Shown one piece after another: positions 17,955 through 26,993 of a stretch of DNA of 64,000 nt. Positions within the stretch are counted from its first letter, which is position 1, and every line of letters starts with the position of its first letter. The stretch is from a virus. The DNA is taken from positions 1 to 64,000 of the IMG/VR virus record IMGVR_UViG_3300025897_000012; one strand, 5' to 3'. Made by a program: the position numbers and the translations under genes. The notes below the pieces were generated by a model that saw only the letters and a program-made list of their open reading frames with translations, ran no database searches and was not told where the DNA came from.

Positions 17955-18695
17955 TTATTCTGGCTTGTAAAACTCAAAATATAATCTGTCACCGTTGTCT
18001 TGCTTAAATTTTTCTAATTCAAGATTGTGTGTTTTTGCTTGTTCATACGCTACTTCAAATGTCCAAGGAAATATATCAACATAAGGACCTTTAGGCCACA
18101 AATGTCCTGGATTAGCTCTAAAATACATTCTGCCTCCTGGCATTAGTATTTCAACTAGTTTTGCAAACCTTTTATCAATGTCATTTCTATCGCCAAAGTT
18201 AAGGCTACCAAATACAATAATATGATCATAACTTTTAGGCTCTACAGCAAAATCTAATATATCAACCATGTAGTCTGCACTATTGTTAAAAGGGTCAATA
18301 CCAATAAGATTGTTTATTCTACTCTTAAAAGGATTATAACCGCATCCAAAGTCTAGTACTGCTTTCGGATTTGCATTGTTGATGGCGTCAACTAAAGCCC
18401 ATCCGCTGTATTGATATATCTCGGTTTTAGGTTGCCAAATCTCCCCAAAGAACCTATGCATATATTTTTTGTCAAGATCAGCTACAAGTTCTTTAACTGT
18501 CACATCAACGCTGTCTATGTCAAGTTGTAACTTAGATGTAATACTGTCTTTAAACTTGCGTAGTCTAGCTGGTGACCAAGGTAACGAACCTATGTGTGTA
18601 TTTTCTGTAATCTGTTCATTAATATTGTCATATTTAGGTAAATTGAAGGAGTTCTTTAAATTTTCGTCTATTAAACTAAAAATTCGAGTGTTCAT
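17955..18695 (-). CDS. class I SAM-dependent methyltransferase with ACP-like N-terminal domain
   Basis: VLDFGCG, IGID, YDHIIVFGSLNF, LMPGGRMYFR. Confidence 0.8.
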   Translation of the reverse strand: MNTRIFSLIDENLKNSFNLPKYDNINEQITENTHIGSLPWSPARLRKFKDSITSKLQLDIDSVDVTVKELVADLDKKYMHRFFGEIWQPKTEIYQYSGWALVDAINNANPKAVLDFGCGYNPFKSRINNLIGIDPFNNSADYMVDILDFAVEPKSYDHIIVFGSLNFGDRNDIDKRFAKLVEILMPGGRMYFRANPGHLWPKGPYVDIFPWTFEVAYEQAKTHNLELEKFKQDNGDRLYFEFYKPE

Positions 18696-18733
18696 AAAAA
18701 ATTTCTCCTTTTTGCTAAATAAATGTATACAAA

Positions 18734-18769
18734 GATAAAAAAAGACTCACTTTTAAAAATTTTTTTATC
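18734..18769. repeat. inverted repeat in the divergent intergenic region
   Basis: GATAAAAAAA (18734-18743) pairs with TTTTTTTATC (18760-18769). Confidence 0.6.
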
Positions 18770-18820
18770 CGTTTCATATAATTACTTATATAAGATGTAA
18801 ATTAAAAGGTTAAGGTCTGA

Positions 18821-20260
18821 ATGGAAGAAATTTTAGCATTACTAGCAGGAACACTATATGGACTAATTATAGGTATTATTCCTGGTGCAGGTGCAACTAC
18901 AGGCCTCATTTTTATATTTTCTTTTATTACATTATTTCCAGATCCGTACTTAGGAGTTATATTTTGCATGGCAGTAGTGGCAGCAAGCACAACAGGTGAT
19001 ACTTATACCGGAGTATTGTTAGGTATTCCTGGGGCAAATAGTGCCGCTGCAACTATGGTTGACGGCTTTCCGTTAGCACTACAAGGCAAGGCTACCTATG
19101 CAATATCTGCCGCGGTAACCACAAGTACAATAAACGGACTACTTTGGGGTGCTTTAGTATTCTTTTTACTTCCTTACTATACAAGCCTTATAATGGTATT
19201 TGGAGTGCCTGAACTATGGGCGTTCACTTGTTTAGCATTAGTAACCGTAACATTTATTACAAACAAGTGGTGGGTGAGAGGTGTTATAGCACTTGCTGTA
19301 GGAATTTTTATTGGTATGATCGGTGTTGATCCTAACACTAACGCAGATAGGTTTACTGGAGGGATTGAATACTTAGGTGCAGGAGTACAACTATTACCAT
19401 TAGTAGCAGGATTGTTTGCAATACCAGAACTTTTAGACGGATTAAAAAATAGAAAAAATACTGCTACTGTTTCTCTTTCTAATGGGGAACAAACAAAACA
19501 AGGATTTAAAGCAGTTTGGCAAAATAAATGGCTAGCCCTTAGAGGTGGTGCAATAGGAGCATTTATAGGAATTCTACCTGGCTTAGGTGGTGCAATGGCA
19601 GATTGGATGGCTTATGGGCAAGCTGTCGCAACAACTAAAAATCCAGATGTACCATTTGGAAAAGGAAACATTAGAGGTGTAATTGGACCAGAAGGTGCTA
19701 ACAATGCTCAAAAAGCTACAAGTATGATTCCTACTGTACTTTTTGGAATACCCGGAGCACCATTCGCAGCAATACTAATTGGATTATTCATGTATTTGGA
19801 TTTTGAATTAGGTACTGTAGACCTTGCTAATGACCCTAAGTTCTTTGACAGTATGTTGTACGGGTTTATGCTTGCAACTGTGCTTGTAGGCGCTCTATGC
19901 TTGCTTACGACACCTATTATAGCACGTATAGCACAAATACCCTACAAATATTACTTTCCGCTACTATTAGGTTTTATAACACTCGCATGTGTACAATACA
20001 CAGGTGGTTGGGAAGATTACGCTATTTTGGCAGTATGCTCAGTAATTGGAGTACTTGCCAAAAATTACAAATTTAGTAGACCAGCTCTACTATTTGGGTT
20101 CATTCTATCAGATAGAATTGAACAACTTACATTACAATTATCAAGTTTGTATAGTCTAGATAGACTTATTGATAGACCAATATTCATTGGACTTATCTTG
20201 CTAATTTGTGTTGTACTAATTTGGGGACTTACCCAAAGAAATAAACTAGAATATGCATAA
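18821..20260 (+). CDS. tctA: tripartite tricarboxylate transporter large permease TctA
   Basis: Many TM helices; GIIPGAG, LGIPGANSAAATMVDGFPLA, GILPGLGG, PEGANNA, LFGIPG signatures. Confidence 0.92.
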   Translation: MEEILALLAGTLYGLIIGIIPGAGATTGLIFIFSFITLFPDPYLGVIFCMAVVAASTTGDTYTGVLLGIPGANSAAATMVDGFPLALQGKATYAISAAVTTSTINGLLWGALVFFLLPYYTSLIMVFGVPELWAFTCLALVTVTFITNKWWVRGVIALAVGIFIGMIGVDPNTNADRFTGGIEYLGAGVQLLPLVAGLFAIPELLDGLKNRKNTATVSLSNGEQTKQGFKAVWQNKWLALRGGAIGAFIGILPGLGGAMADWMAYGQAVATTKNPDVPFGKGNIRGVIGPEGANNAQKATSMIPTVLFGIPGAPFAAILIGLFMYLDFELGTVDLANDPKFFDSMLYGFMLATVLVGALCLLTTPIIARIAQIPYKYYFPLLLGFITLACVQYTGGWEDYAILAVCSVIGVLAKNYKFSRPALLFGFILSDRIEQLTLQLSSLYSLDRLIDRPIFIGLILLICVVLIWGLTQRNKLEYA

Positions 20261-20278
20261 CAAAGGAGAAAAAATATT

Positions 20279-21325
20279 ATGAAAAAGTTTATTACATCAG
20301 TGCTTTTAGCACTTACTTTATCAACGCCGGCATTCGCTGATTACACGTTTGTGGTTCCTCAAAAGCCAGGAGCAGGTACATCACAATGGGCTGAGATTAT
20401 CGCTAAAGAACTAGAACCGTTCTTAGGTGAAAAAATTGTTATTAAATTTATTCCAGGAGCAAGAGATATTCCTGGGTTCAATAAATGGCATAACACAATG
20501 CGTGACAACGACAAGGCTGTAATGGTATCACACGGCGGAAATGGTGTAAGTTTTCTACAAGAAGAAGTAGACTATGACTACAGGCAATATGATAGTGTAG
20601 GATTAATGAATCTTAACATTATTGCTGGTAAAGCATCAGGTGCTGATATGAACAAGCCAAGTTTTGCAGCAGGTTCAGGTATGGTTCCTGAAGCATTTGC
20701 TTTTACAATGCTTATTTGTGGACCAGACAAAAGTATTGAAGAATATACAGCATGTTTTAAAGAAAATGTAACATGGGTTAAAGGTATGAGTGGTGCTGAA
20801 CGTAGACTAGCTTTTAAAAGAGGCGAGTTGACTGGTACTAGAGAAAATCCTGCGGCTTATAAAAAGCATGTTGCTCCTAATACAAAAGCAGAAATTTGGT
20901 TCCATCATGGTATTTTACAAGCAGATGGTTCGCATGCTGATGATCCAAACTATCCAGGATACCAGTTTGAAACTTTGTTTGAAAAGCGTTGGGGTGTAGC
21001 ACCAAGTGGTGATATGTACAAGGCTTATAAACTTGTAAAAAGTTTCCGTGATGGTATGCAAAAAGCTCTATGGGTTAACAAAGGTAATCCTAATAGACAA
21101 GCACTAGTAGATGCTTTAACTGCTATGAGTAAGGATAAGTCAGCAATGGCTAACATTCAGAAAAAAGTAGGTAAGTATGATTGGCTTATTGGAGAAGCTG
21201 GTAACAATCATAGAGACACACTTATGACTTTTGTTACTACAGATGCTTTAAGTTCTCTAGTTAAGTTCAATCGTAACGCACTAGGATTAAATAGTGTAGA
21301 GAAGATTGAATTAGCATTAAAGTAA
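20279..21325 (+). CDS. tctC: tripartite tricarboxylate transporter substrate-binding protein (TctC/Bug-like, divergent)
   Basis: Signal peptide ending AFA-D; FVVPQKPGAGT (cf. VPxxxGGxxD); KFIPGA; LAFKRGEL; adjacent to tctA. Confidence 0.8.
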   Translation: MKKFITSVLLALTLSTPAFADYTFVVPQKPGAGTSQWAEIIAKELEPFLGEKIVIKFIPGARDIPGFNKWHNTMRDNDKAVMVSHGGNGVSFLQEEVDYDYRQYDSVGLMNLNIIAGKASGADMNKPSFAAGSGMVPEAFAFTMLICGPDKSIEEYTACFKENVTWVKGMSGAERRLAFKRGELTGTRENPAAYKKHVAPNTKAEIWFHHGILQADGSHADDPNYPGYQFETLFEKRWGVAPSGDMYKAYKLVKSFRDGMQKALWVNKGNPNRQALVDALTAMSKDKSAMANIQKKVGKYDWLIGEAGNNHRDTLMTFVTTDALSSLVKFNRNALGLNSVEKIELALK

Positions 21326-21335
21326 GGAAGTATAT

Positions 21336-22052
21336 ATGGCGTTTAAATTCAACAGAAGTAAGATGAAATATTTGACCAACCCTGATGATTATAAAAGTAA
21401 TTGGGAGTGGACAAAGAGTAACAGTAACTATCATTTTGATAAAAACACAGTTGACGGCCTAGGTGAAACATTTCGTGTATGCGGAACATTTCATGGAGAC
21501 TGGGAAGCTGAGTTACAAGATGTTATAAAAGACAGCAAAGCTGTTACTTGGGCCACTAGGGGTAAGAAAGGTGAACGAAAAGACAAGTTTATCAAACAGG
21601 AAGAATATGATCTAACTTCTGTTGGCGCTAACGTTAACTTAGAAGTATCTAACTTTAATAGAAACTGTGAGAAATATACAAAAATAAATGAGATGGCAGA
21701 ATATTTCCATCTTGAAAATTTTCAAAAAAGAATACATGTGCAAACTACAGGACAGCTTTGGAATTTGCATATAGATAAATTATACCAATGGAATCCTGAG
21801 GACCCATCAAAAGTAATTAGAATTACAATTATGCTAAATGACTGGGAACCAGGACAATTTTACATGTACGGCAATCGTATATATGATAGATGGAAAACTG
21901 GAGAAATACATATTTTTGATTGGCCAAATACTCCACATTCAACAGCTAATACAAGCTACGTACCAAGAATAAGTTTACAGTTAACAGGTATTAGAACTGA
22001 AGATACTAATAAAATATTAAACGAACGAGATCATTACTATTCTGTGGAATAA
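21336..22052 (+). CDS. 2OG-Fe(II) oxygenase, Asp/Asn beta-hydroxylase-like
   Basis: WNLHID...FDWPNTPHSTAN...PRISLQ. Confidence 0.7.
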   Translation: MAFKFNRSKMKYLTNPDDYKSNWEWTKSNSNYHFDKNTVDGLGETFRVCGTFHGDWEAELQDVIKDSKAVTWATRGKKGERKDKFIKQEEYDLTSVGANVNLEVSNFNRNCEKYTKINEMAEYFHLENFQKRIHVQTTGQLWNLHIDKLYQWNPEDPSKVIRITIMLNDWEPGQFYMYGNRIYDRWKTGEIHIFDWPNTPHSTANTSYVPRISLQLTGIRTEDTNKILNERDHYYSVE

Positions 22053-22056
22053 ATGA

Positions 22057-22410
22057 ATGGTAGAATTATTAGTTGCTAACATAGTCTATGTATTATATAG
22101 ATTACTAGTAACTGCTCATATAGTTAAGTTTTTATACAAGTATATACCTTACGGGTTTGCTGTTTTAGTATCAGCACAGTTAAGTTTTTTATATGACGGT
22201 GGTGTTTTTGCCTACCTATTCCAAGCACAAGCATTACCGGAACTAGCAGAGTTTATACAAGCTAACGTATTATATACACTAAGAGTTGGTATAGCGTGGT
22301 GGATTATAAAGATACTATGGGACCGGCTAGATAATTACTACCTATCAGTGTTTATAGGTGCAGAGCTTACATTTGTAGTAGACTACTTTATTTTTGAGGG
22401 AGTGTACTAG
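22057..22410 (+). CDS. small integral membrane protein
   Basis: 117 aa, mostly hydrophobic, about 4 TM segments. Confidence 0.7.
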   Translation: MVELLVANIVYVLYRLLVTAHIVKFLYKYIPYGFAVLVSAQLSFLYDGGVFAYLFQAQALPELAEFIQANVLYTLRVGIAWWIIKILWDRLDNYYLSVFIGAELTFVVDYFIFEGVY

Positions 22411-22429
22411 TAGGTAAATATAATAAAGG

Positions 22430-23095
22430 ATGCTATTAATGAATCATGATACAATAAAAGAATTTGAAGATTTAAGTAAAGAATATTTTAATGTGCCCGG
22501 ACATAAAAAATTAAGACAAGGACAGAAAAACAGATTACCAAAATATTCCTTTGTAGTAGAGAAGTTTAACAAAGAAGATAACATAGTCGATGCAGGTTGC
22601 GGTGGCAGTTACTTTAAAGGTATTTTTCCAAATTTAATTGCATTTGATATAGTCGACTACAATAATCAAGATTACGTTTGTAATATATTAGATGCTCCTA
22701 TACCAGAAGATAGCCAAGATGGAGTTTTTTGTTTTGGTGTACTACATGAATGTCCAGATGAATATCATCTACCTAATATAGAAAAAATGTTAACGTGGTT
22801 AAAGCCCAACGGACAATTAGTAATGAGATGTAAAGCTAAACTAGTTACAAACAAACATCGTAAAGAACGACTATATGAACGTAAGTATAATGAATACTTT
22901 GATCAAGGATTATGGAGTAGAGAAAGAATTGATCAATTTACACAACAATTAAATTTAAAACTTAATTGGGTTATACATAGAGAAACTCTACGAAAAGATC
23001 AACGAACTAATGTTAAAGGGACTAACTTTGATTCATCTCATGACAATGATGTAGTTTTTAACGGACATATCTGGAGTTGGAGTAAAAATGTTTAA
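22430..23095 (+). CDS. class I SAM-dependent methyltransferase (tandem copy A)
   Basis: IVDAGCG, AFD, DGVFCFGVLH, WLKPNG; TAAATA at 22415-22420. Confidence 0.85.
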   Translation: MLLMNHDTIKEFEDLSKEYFNVPGHKKLRQGQKNRLPKYSFVVEKFNKEDNIVDAGCGGSYFKGIFPNLIAFDIVDYNNQDYVCNILDAPIPEDSQDGVFCFGVLHECPDEYHLPNIEKMLTWLKPNGQLVMRCKAKLVTNKHRKERLYERKYNEYFDQGLWSRERIDQFTQQLNLKLNWVIHRETLRKDQRTNVKGTNFDSSHDNDVVFNGHIWSWSKNV

Positions 23096-23413
23096 AGAAT
23101 TTGAAGAAATCTCAAGAATATACTTTAGTGCTAATGGCAGTAGGGAATTACGCAGAGGTTCTAAAATTCATAAAAATACTAGTAATGATTTTTTATATTC
23201 TTTACCTAAAAATGCAAATGTTGTTGATGCTGGATGCGGGCCAAATGCGTTTAGAACTATTTTTCCAAATTTAATTGCTTTTGATATAGTTGATTATGGT
23301 AATCAAGATTATGTTTGTAATATATTAGAAGCACCTATACCAGAAAGTAGCCAAGATGGCGTTTTTTGTTTTGGTGTACTACATGAATGTCCAGATGAAT
23401 ATCATCTACCTAA
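22724..23413 (+). repeat. 53-bp perfect direct repeat (22724-22776 and 23361-23413)
   Basis: GTTTTTTGTTTTGGTGTACTACATGAATGTCCAGATGAATATCATCTACCTAA in both methyltransferase genes. Confidence 0.9.
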
Positions 23414-23732
23414 CATAGAAAAAATGCTATCTTGGTTAAAACCAGGTGGTAAACTAATAATGCGTTGTAAATCAAAAGAAGTAGTAGATAAACACCCTCG
23501 TAACAGTAATGCCGTTGGAGAAATGCATGAATATTTTGATCAGGGATTGTGGCCAATAGAAAGAGTTAATCAATTCACGCAACAATTAAATTTAACGCTT
23601 GATTGGATTGAGCCTAAAATAATAACACGTAAACAACAGTGGAATTCTAATCCTAAAAAACGTTTTCATTCGTCTCATGACAATGATATAATCTTTGATG
23701 GACATATTTGGTGTTGGAGTAAAAATGTTTAG
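23088..23732 (+). CDS. class I SAM-dependent methyltransferase (tandem copy B)
   Basis: VVDAGCG, DGVFCFGVLH, WLKPGG; core nearly identical to copy A. Confidence 0.85.
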   Translation: MFKEFEEISRIYFSANGSRELRRGSKIHKNTSNDFLYSLPKNANVVDAGCGPNAFRTIFPNLIAFDIVDYGNQDYVCNILEAPIPESSQDGVFCFGVLHECPDEYHLPNIEKMLSWLKPGGKLIMRCKSKEVVDKHPRNSNAVGEMHEYFDQGLWPIERVNQFTQQLNLTLDWIEPKIITRKQQWNSNPKKRFHSSHDNDIIFDGHIWCWSKNV

Positions 23733-23970
23733 AAAAATAAAAGAGCATTTAGAAGAAACTGAATGGAGCTATTGGAAACACTTAACTCATAGTGTTCATC
23801 AAAGTAATAAATTAATAGCATGTGCTATTAAGTCTTATATACATGGAATATTTCCGTGTTGGTTTAAGGCCGATGGGCCTGTAACAGTAGCAAAAATGTA
23901 TCATCAAATAAACAAAATACATCATGTTCACAAAATGATTAAACAGATGAAAAAAGACGGAGACATATAA
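23725..23970 (+). CDS. DUF6356-like small protein
   Basis: HLEETEWSYWKH...IHGIFPCWF; start revised to the ATG at 23725 after GGAG. Confidence 0.65.
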   Translation: MFRKIKEHLEETEWSYWKHLTHSVHQSNKLIACAIKSYIHGIFPCWFKADGPVTVAKMYHQINKIHHVHKMIKQMKKDGDI

Positions 23971-24554
23971 TGGACACAATGAGCTTACATAGTATACTAT
24001 GCTCATATGGAGATGTAGTAGAACTTGATTATAAATTTAGTGACGATACAATAAATGAACTAAAAAACATACAAGAATGGTTACCTGGACCAAACGGAAA
24101 AACTGCTATTAACTTAACTGGTCCTATTGAAGATTTAGGGCTTGATGTATCAGCAGAGGTTAAACATCAAAGAAATCAACCATATAACGAAAATTTATTA
24201 AAATGTCCAACGCTTAAAATATTTTTTGATCAATGGACTGAACTAGCTAGGTGCAGAGCAGCTACTATGAATAAAGGTAGTTTCTTTAGGTTGCATAGAG
24301 ATGCATTTAGACTAAATGATCAGTTTAGGATTTTTATACCATTAAATAAAACAAACGACGACGAATGGATATTTATATATGACGGAGAAGTTCAAAGATT
24401 CAAACAAGGGGTTCCGTATATATTAAATACTAGAAAAACACATGGTAGTTTTGCTATGGCAGACGGTATATATCACGTACTAATGAGCCTGTTTATAAAC
24501 GAACAAAATATTAAACAAGTATCTAAGATGCTACCAAACTGTAAAGAACATTGA
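23970..24554 (+). CDS. aspartyl/asparaginyl beta-hydroxylase-like oxygenase
   Basis: FRLHRD, RIFIPL, YILNTRKTHGSF. Confidence 0.7.
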   Translation: MDTMSLHSILCSYGDVVELDYKFSDDTINELKNIQEWLPGPNGKTAINLTGPIEDLGLDVSAEVKHQRNQPYNENLLKCPTLKIFFDQWTELARCRAATMNKGSFFRLHRDAFRLNDQFRIFIPLNKTNDDEWIFIYDGEVQRFKQGVPYILNTRKTHGSFAMADGIYHVLMSLFINEQNIKQVSKMLPNCKEH

Positions 24555-24588
24555 TAAATAAGTATAATAGAGTTAACGGAGAAAAAAT

Positions 24589-25320
24589 ATGAATTATTAT
24601 TTAATTGCTGGTGTAGGCTTTACTGAAATGCGTACTGTCGCAAGCAAATTAATGGATAAACTAAGTGCGTTACATGGTGCAGATACTGTAATAAGAGCTC
24701 CTTTTGGTGCATTAAGATTTTGGAGTCATAATGCAGAACAGCCTAATGATGACTTTGTATGTATGCCATCCGGCGTCGCCGGGTTAGGTACAGCATACGG
24801 TCCTCGAATACAAACCGAAATAACTTCTGATACTCAACACATAGTTATGCATGGTCCAGGAATTCTTAATAACTTAGAAACTATTACAACGTTTTTAAGT
24901 AGTAATAATAGCGAATCACCGACTAAAACTAGAATGACTGTTGGATCAACAGTTAACACTTACTTAATTAAAACTAATGAAAGTTCATCAGCAATGGCGT
25001 TACGTTTGCAAGAAGATTGGGATACAACTGTAGACAATATGCCATATAAAGGAACTGGAATTGTAAATCCTACAAATGAAGACATTCAAGCATCAAAAGA
25101 TGCATACTTTGCATGGTGTGTTAAGCATGCAAATACTGCTGCAAACTTATTTGGCAGCTACGACGAAGAGGTGTGGAATGCATTAGGTGGCTGGAACGCT
25201 GACGGAACACCTTCGCAGGTAGGTGTAGGAATTACTGATGTTACTACTTTTGAAAGAAAAGACGGTACAACAGCAAACTTCACAAACCATACTCATCAAC
25301 TTTACATTACACAATACTAA
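24589..25320 (+). CDS. hypothetical protein
   Basis: 243 aa; GGAG RBS; GATAAATA at 24553-24560. Confidence 0.8.
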   Translation: MNYYLIAGVGFTEMRTVASKLMDKLSALHGADTVIRAPFGALRFWSHNAEQPNDDFVCMPSGVAGLGTAYGPRIQTEITSDTQHIVMHGPGILNNLETITTFLSSNNSESPTKTRMTVGSTVNTYLIKTNESSSAMALRLQEDWDTTVDNMPYKGTGIVNPTNEDIQASKDAYFAWCVKHANTAANLFGSYDEEVWNALGGWNADGTPSQVGVGITDVTTFERKDGTTANFTNHTHQLYITQY

Positions 25321-25322
25321 GT

Positions 25323-25964
25323 TTATTTTATACCAATTCTCATAAATCTTGTATAATTAACATGTTTACTTAGGTCTAATTCACCTTCATATAATATTTC
25401 TGATAGTGGTGCCATACTTGCAAAATCATCTAAATCGTTTACACAGTTAATATGTTCGTCTAATTCAAAGAAATTATTACTTTGTAGTATAACTAATTTA
25501 CCTGCAGGTATTTTATTATACCATTCATTAAAATTTGGAATATGTTCGCAACTAGTGTTTATAATTGTATCTGGCATATCTGTTAATTTTACTTTATTTC
25601 CTTTGTCATTTAATGTATCATATGTTAAAGGATAAGTTAAGTTAAAGATATCCAATGTTGTAGCTTTAAACTTCCATTCGTCTGTTAACCAAGGCATATT
25701 AAACTCCTCGGCTATTTCACAACAACTTTCATCTATATCAAAACTTCTAATTTTTGTAATAATTACTTTCGATTCAAATAACATAGTAGCTAATGTAGCA
25801 TACCAACCTGCACATAAAAATACTATTCCTAAATCAGGACAATGTTCTTGTACTTTTTCAACAAGCCATTCTTTACTTTTAATTTGACCATTAGATAAAC
25901 AATCTTTATTAAACTTAGGATTATCAAATACTCGATATATGCCGTTAATCAGTTGTGTTGTCAT
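25323..25964 (-). CDS. SAM-dependent methyltransferase-like protein
   Basis: VFLCAGWYA, IRSFDID, DTIINTSCEH, TRFMRIG. Confidence 0.6.
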   Translation of the reverse strand: MTTQLINGIYRVFDNPKFNKDCLSNGQIKSKEWLVEKVQEHCPDLGIVFLCAGWYATLATMLFESKVIITKIRSFDIDESCCEIAEEFNMPWLTDEWKFKATTLDIFNLTYPLTYDTLNDKGNKVKLTDMPDTIINTSCEHIPNFNEWYNKIPAGKLVILQSNNFFELDEHINCVNDLDDFASMAPLSEILYEGELDLSKHVNYTRFMRIGIK

Positions 25965-26988
25965 TAAATTTTCTTTCTAACCATTCAAAGTTGTTTATTT
26001 TTTTAAGAGCAGATGAATCATCTTTATATTTTTCTCCGTATTCTTTACCAGCAAGTGCTCCTGCAATACAGTAGTTTCCAAATGGCTTGTCTTTGCCTTT
26101 GGTACACCATTGTGTTAACCTAATTTCTGTCTCTTTATCTTCTTGTCCTTGTATAATCTTACTAGATAGTTTAACACACTCCCTAAATGCACTTTTCCAA
26201 GTGTTAAAAGGATCAGTATTAAACGTAGAAATGTTACTTACTTCGGGCATTGCTTTAAAACGCACACTAATGCTTGTGGTCATATCAGTGCTTGTAGTAT
26301 CTACATTTAAAGTTAATTTTCTTGGTAGTAATTTAACGCCGCCGTTTCCATATGTAAGTCTGTTTATAGGATTTAGACTACGCCAAACATACACAATATT
26401 CATTTCATCTTCACTAAGATAATTCATTGATGTAAAATCAAAGGTATCGTTTATACGAGCGTCTCCATCAACTACATAGAACATATGTGTTTTACATAAT
26501 TTTGCAGCTTCAATATGTGCTTGATGTATTCCTTTGACACCATGAACACGCTTTGCTGACGGTATCATGCTTAATAAATGTTTATAATTTTCTTCACAGT
26601 TTGGTTCTTTGTAGCTTATAAACACTATGTCATATTTAGATCTATATGGAGTACTAGCAACTATGTCTACTTCTTTTTTATTAATAAAAAATCTATACTG
26701 AGCTTCTCGAGGATGAATTTCTACTCTTTTAGGATATAAGCATATTCCGTCATACTTGCCAGCAGTATTTTTAAAAACATGTATAACTTTTTGATCCCAT
26801 TCTTCAGGAGTATAAGAAAAATCAAAGTCTTTTTTAACTAATGTGTCGTCCCATATAACCCAAAACATTTTTGTGACAACCATTGCCTGAGCTTCAGCAA
26901 AATTAGGAGCATATTTCAATCCAAAAAACTTATCTTTAAGTTCAGTATAGTGAGGAGTTTTTTCTCCAACAAAAATTATATCATACAT
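25945..26988 (-). CDS. GT-A-fold glycosyltransferase-like protein with duplicated N-terminal half-domain
   Basis: DIVFISYKEP, VVDGD (DxD), YGNGGVK, WKSAFRE. Confidence 0.7.
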   Translation of the reverse strand: MYDIIFVGEKTPHYTELKDKFFGLKYAPNFAEAQAMVVTKMFWVIWDDTLVKKDFDFSYTPEEWDQKVIHVFKNTAGKYDGICLYPKRVEIHPREAQYRFFINKKEVDIVASTPYRSKYDIVFISYKEPNCEENYKHLLSMIPSAKRVHGVKGIHQAHIEAAKLCKTHMFYVVDGDARINDTFDFTSMNYLSEDEMNIVYVWRSLNPINRLTYGNGGVKLLPRKLTLNVDTTSTDMTTSISVRFKAMPEVSNISTFNTDPFNTWKSAFRECVKLSSKIIQGQEDKETEIRLTQWCTKGKDKPFGNYCIAGALAGKEYGEKYKDDSSALKKINNFEWLERKFNDNTTD

Positions 26989-26993
26989 TTCTT

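Noticed and set aside
18821-21325. Host-chromosome contamination as the source of tctA/tctC
   Set aside because: The flanking genes belong to families repeated elsewhere in this phage segment, and spacing and composition are continuous. It cannot be fully excluded without read data.
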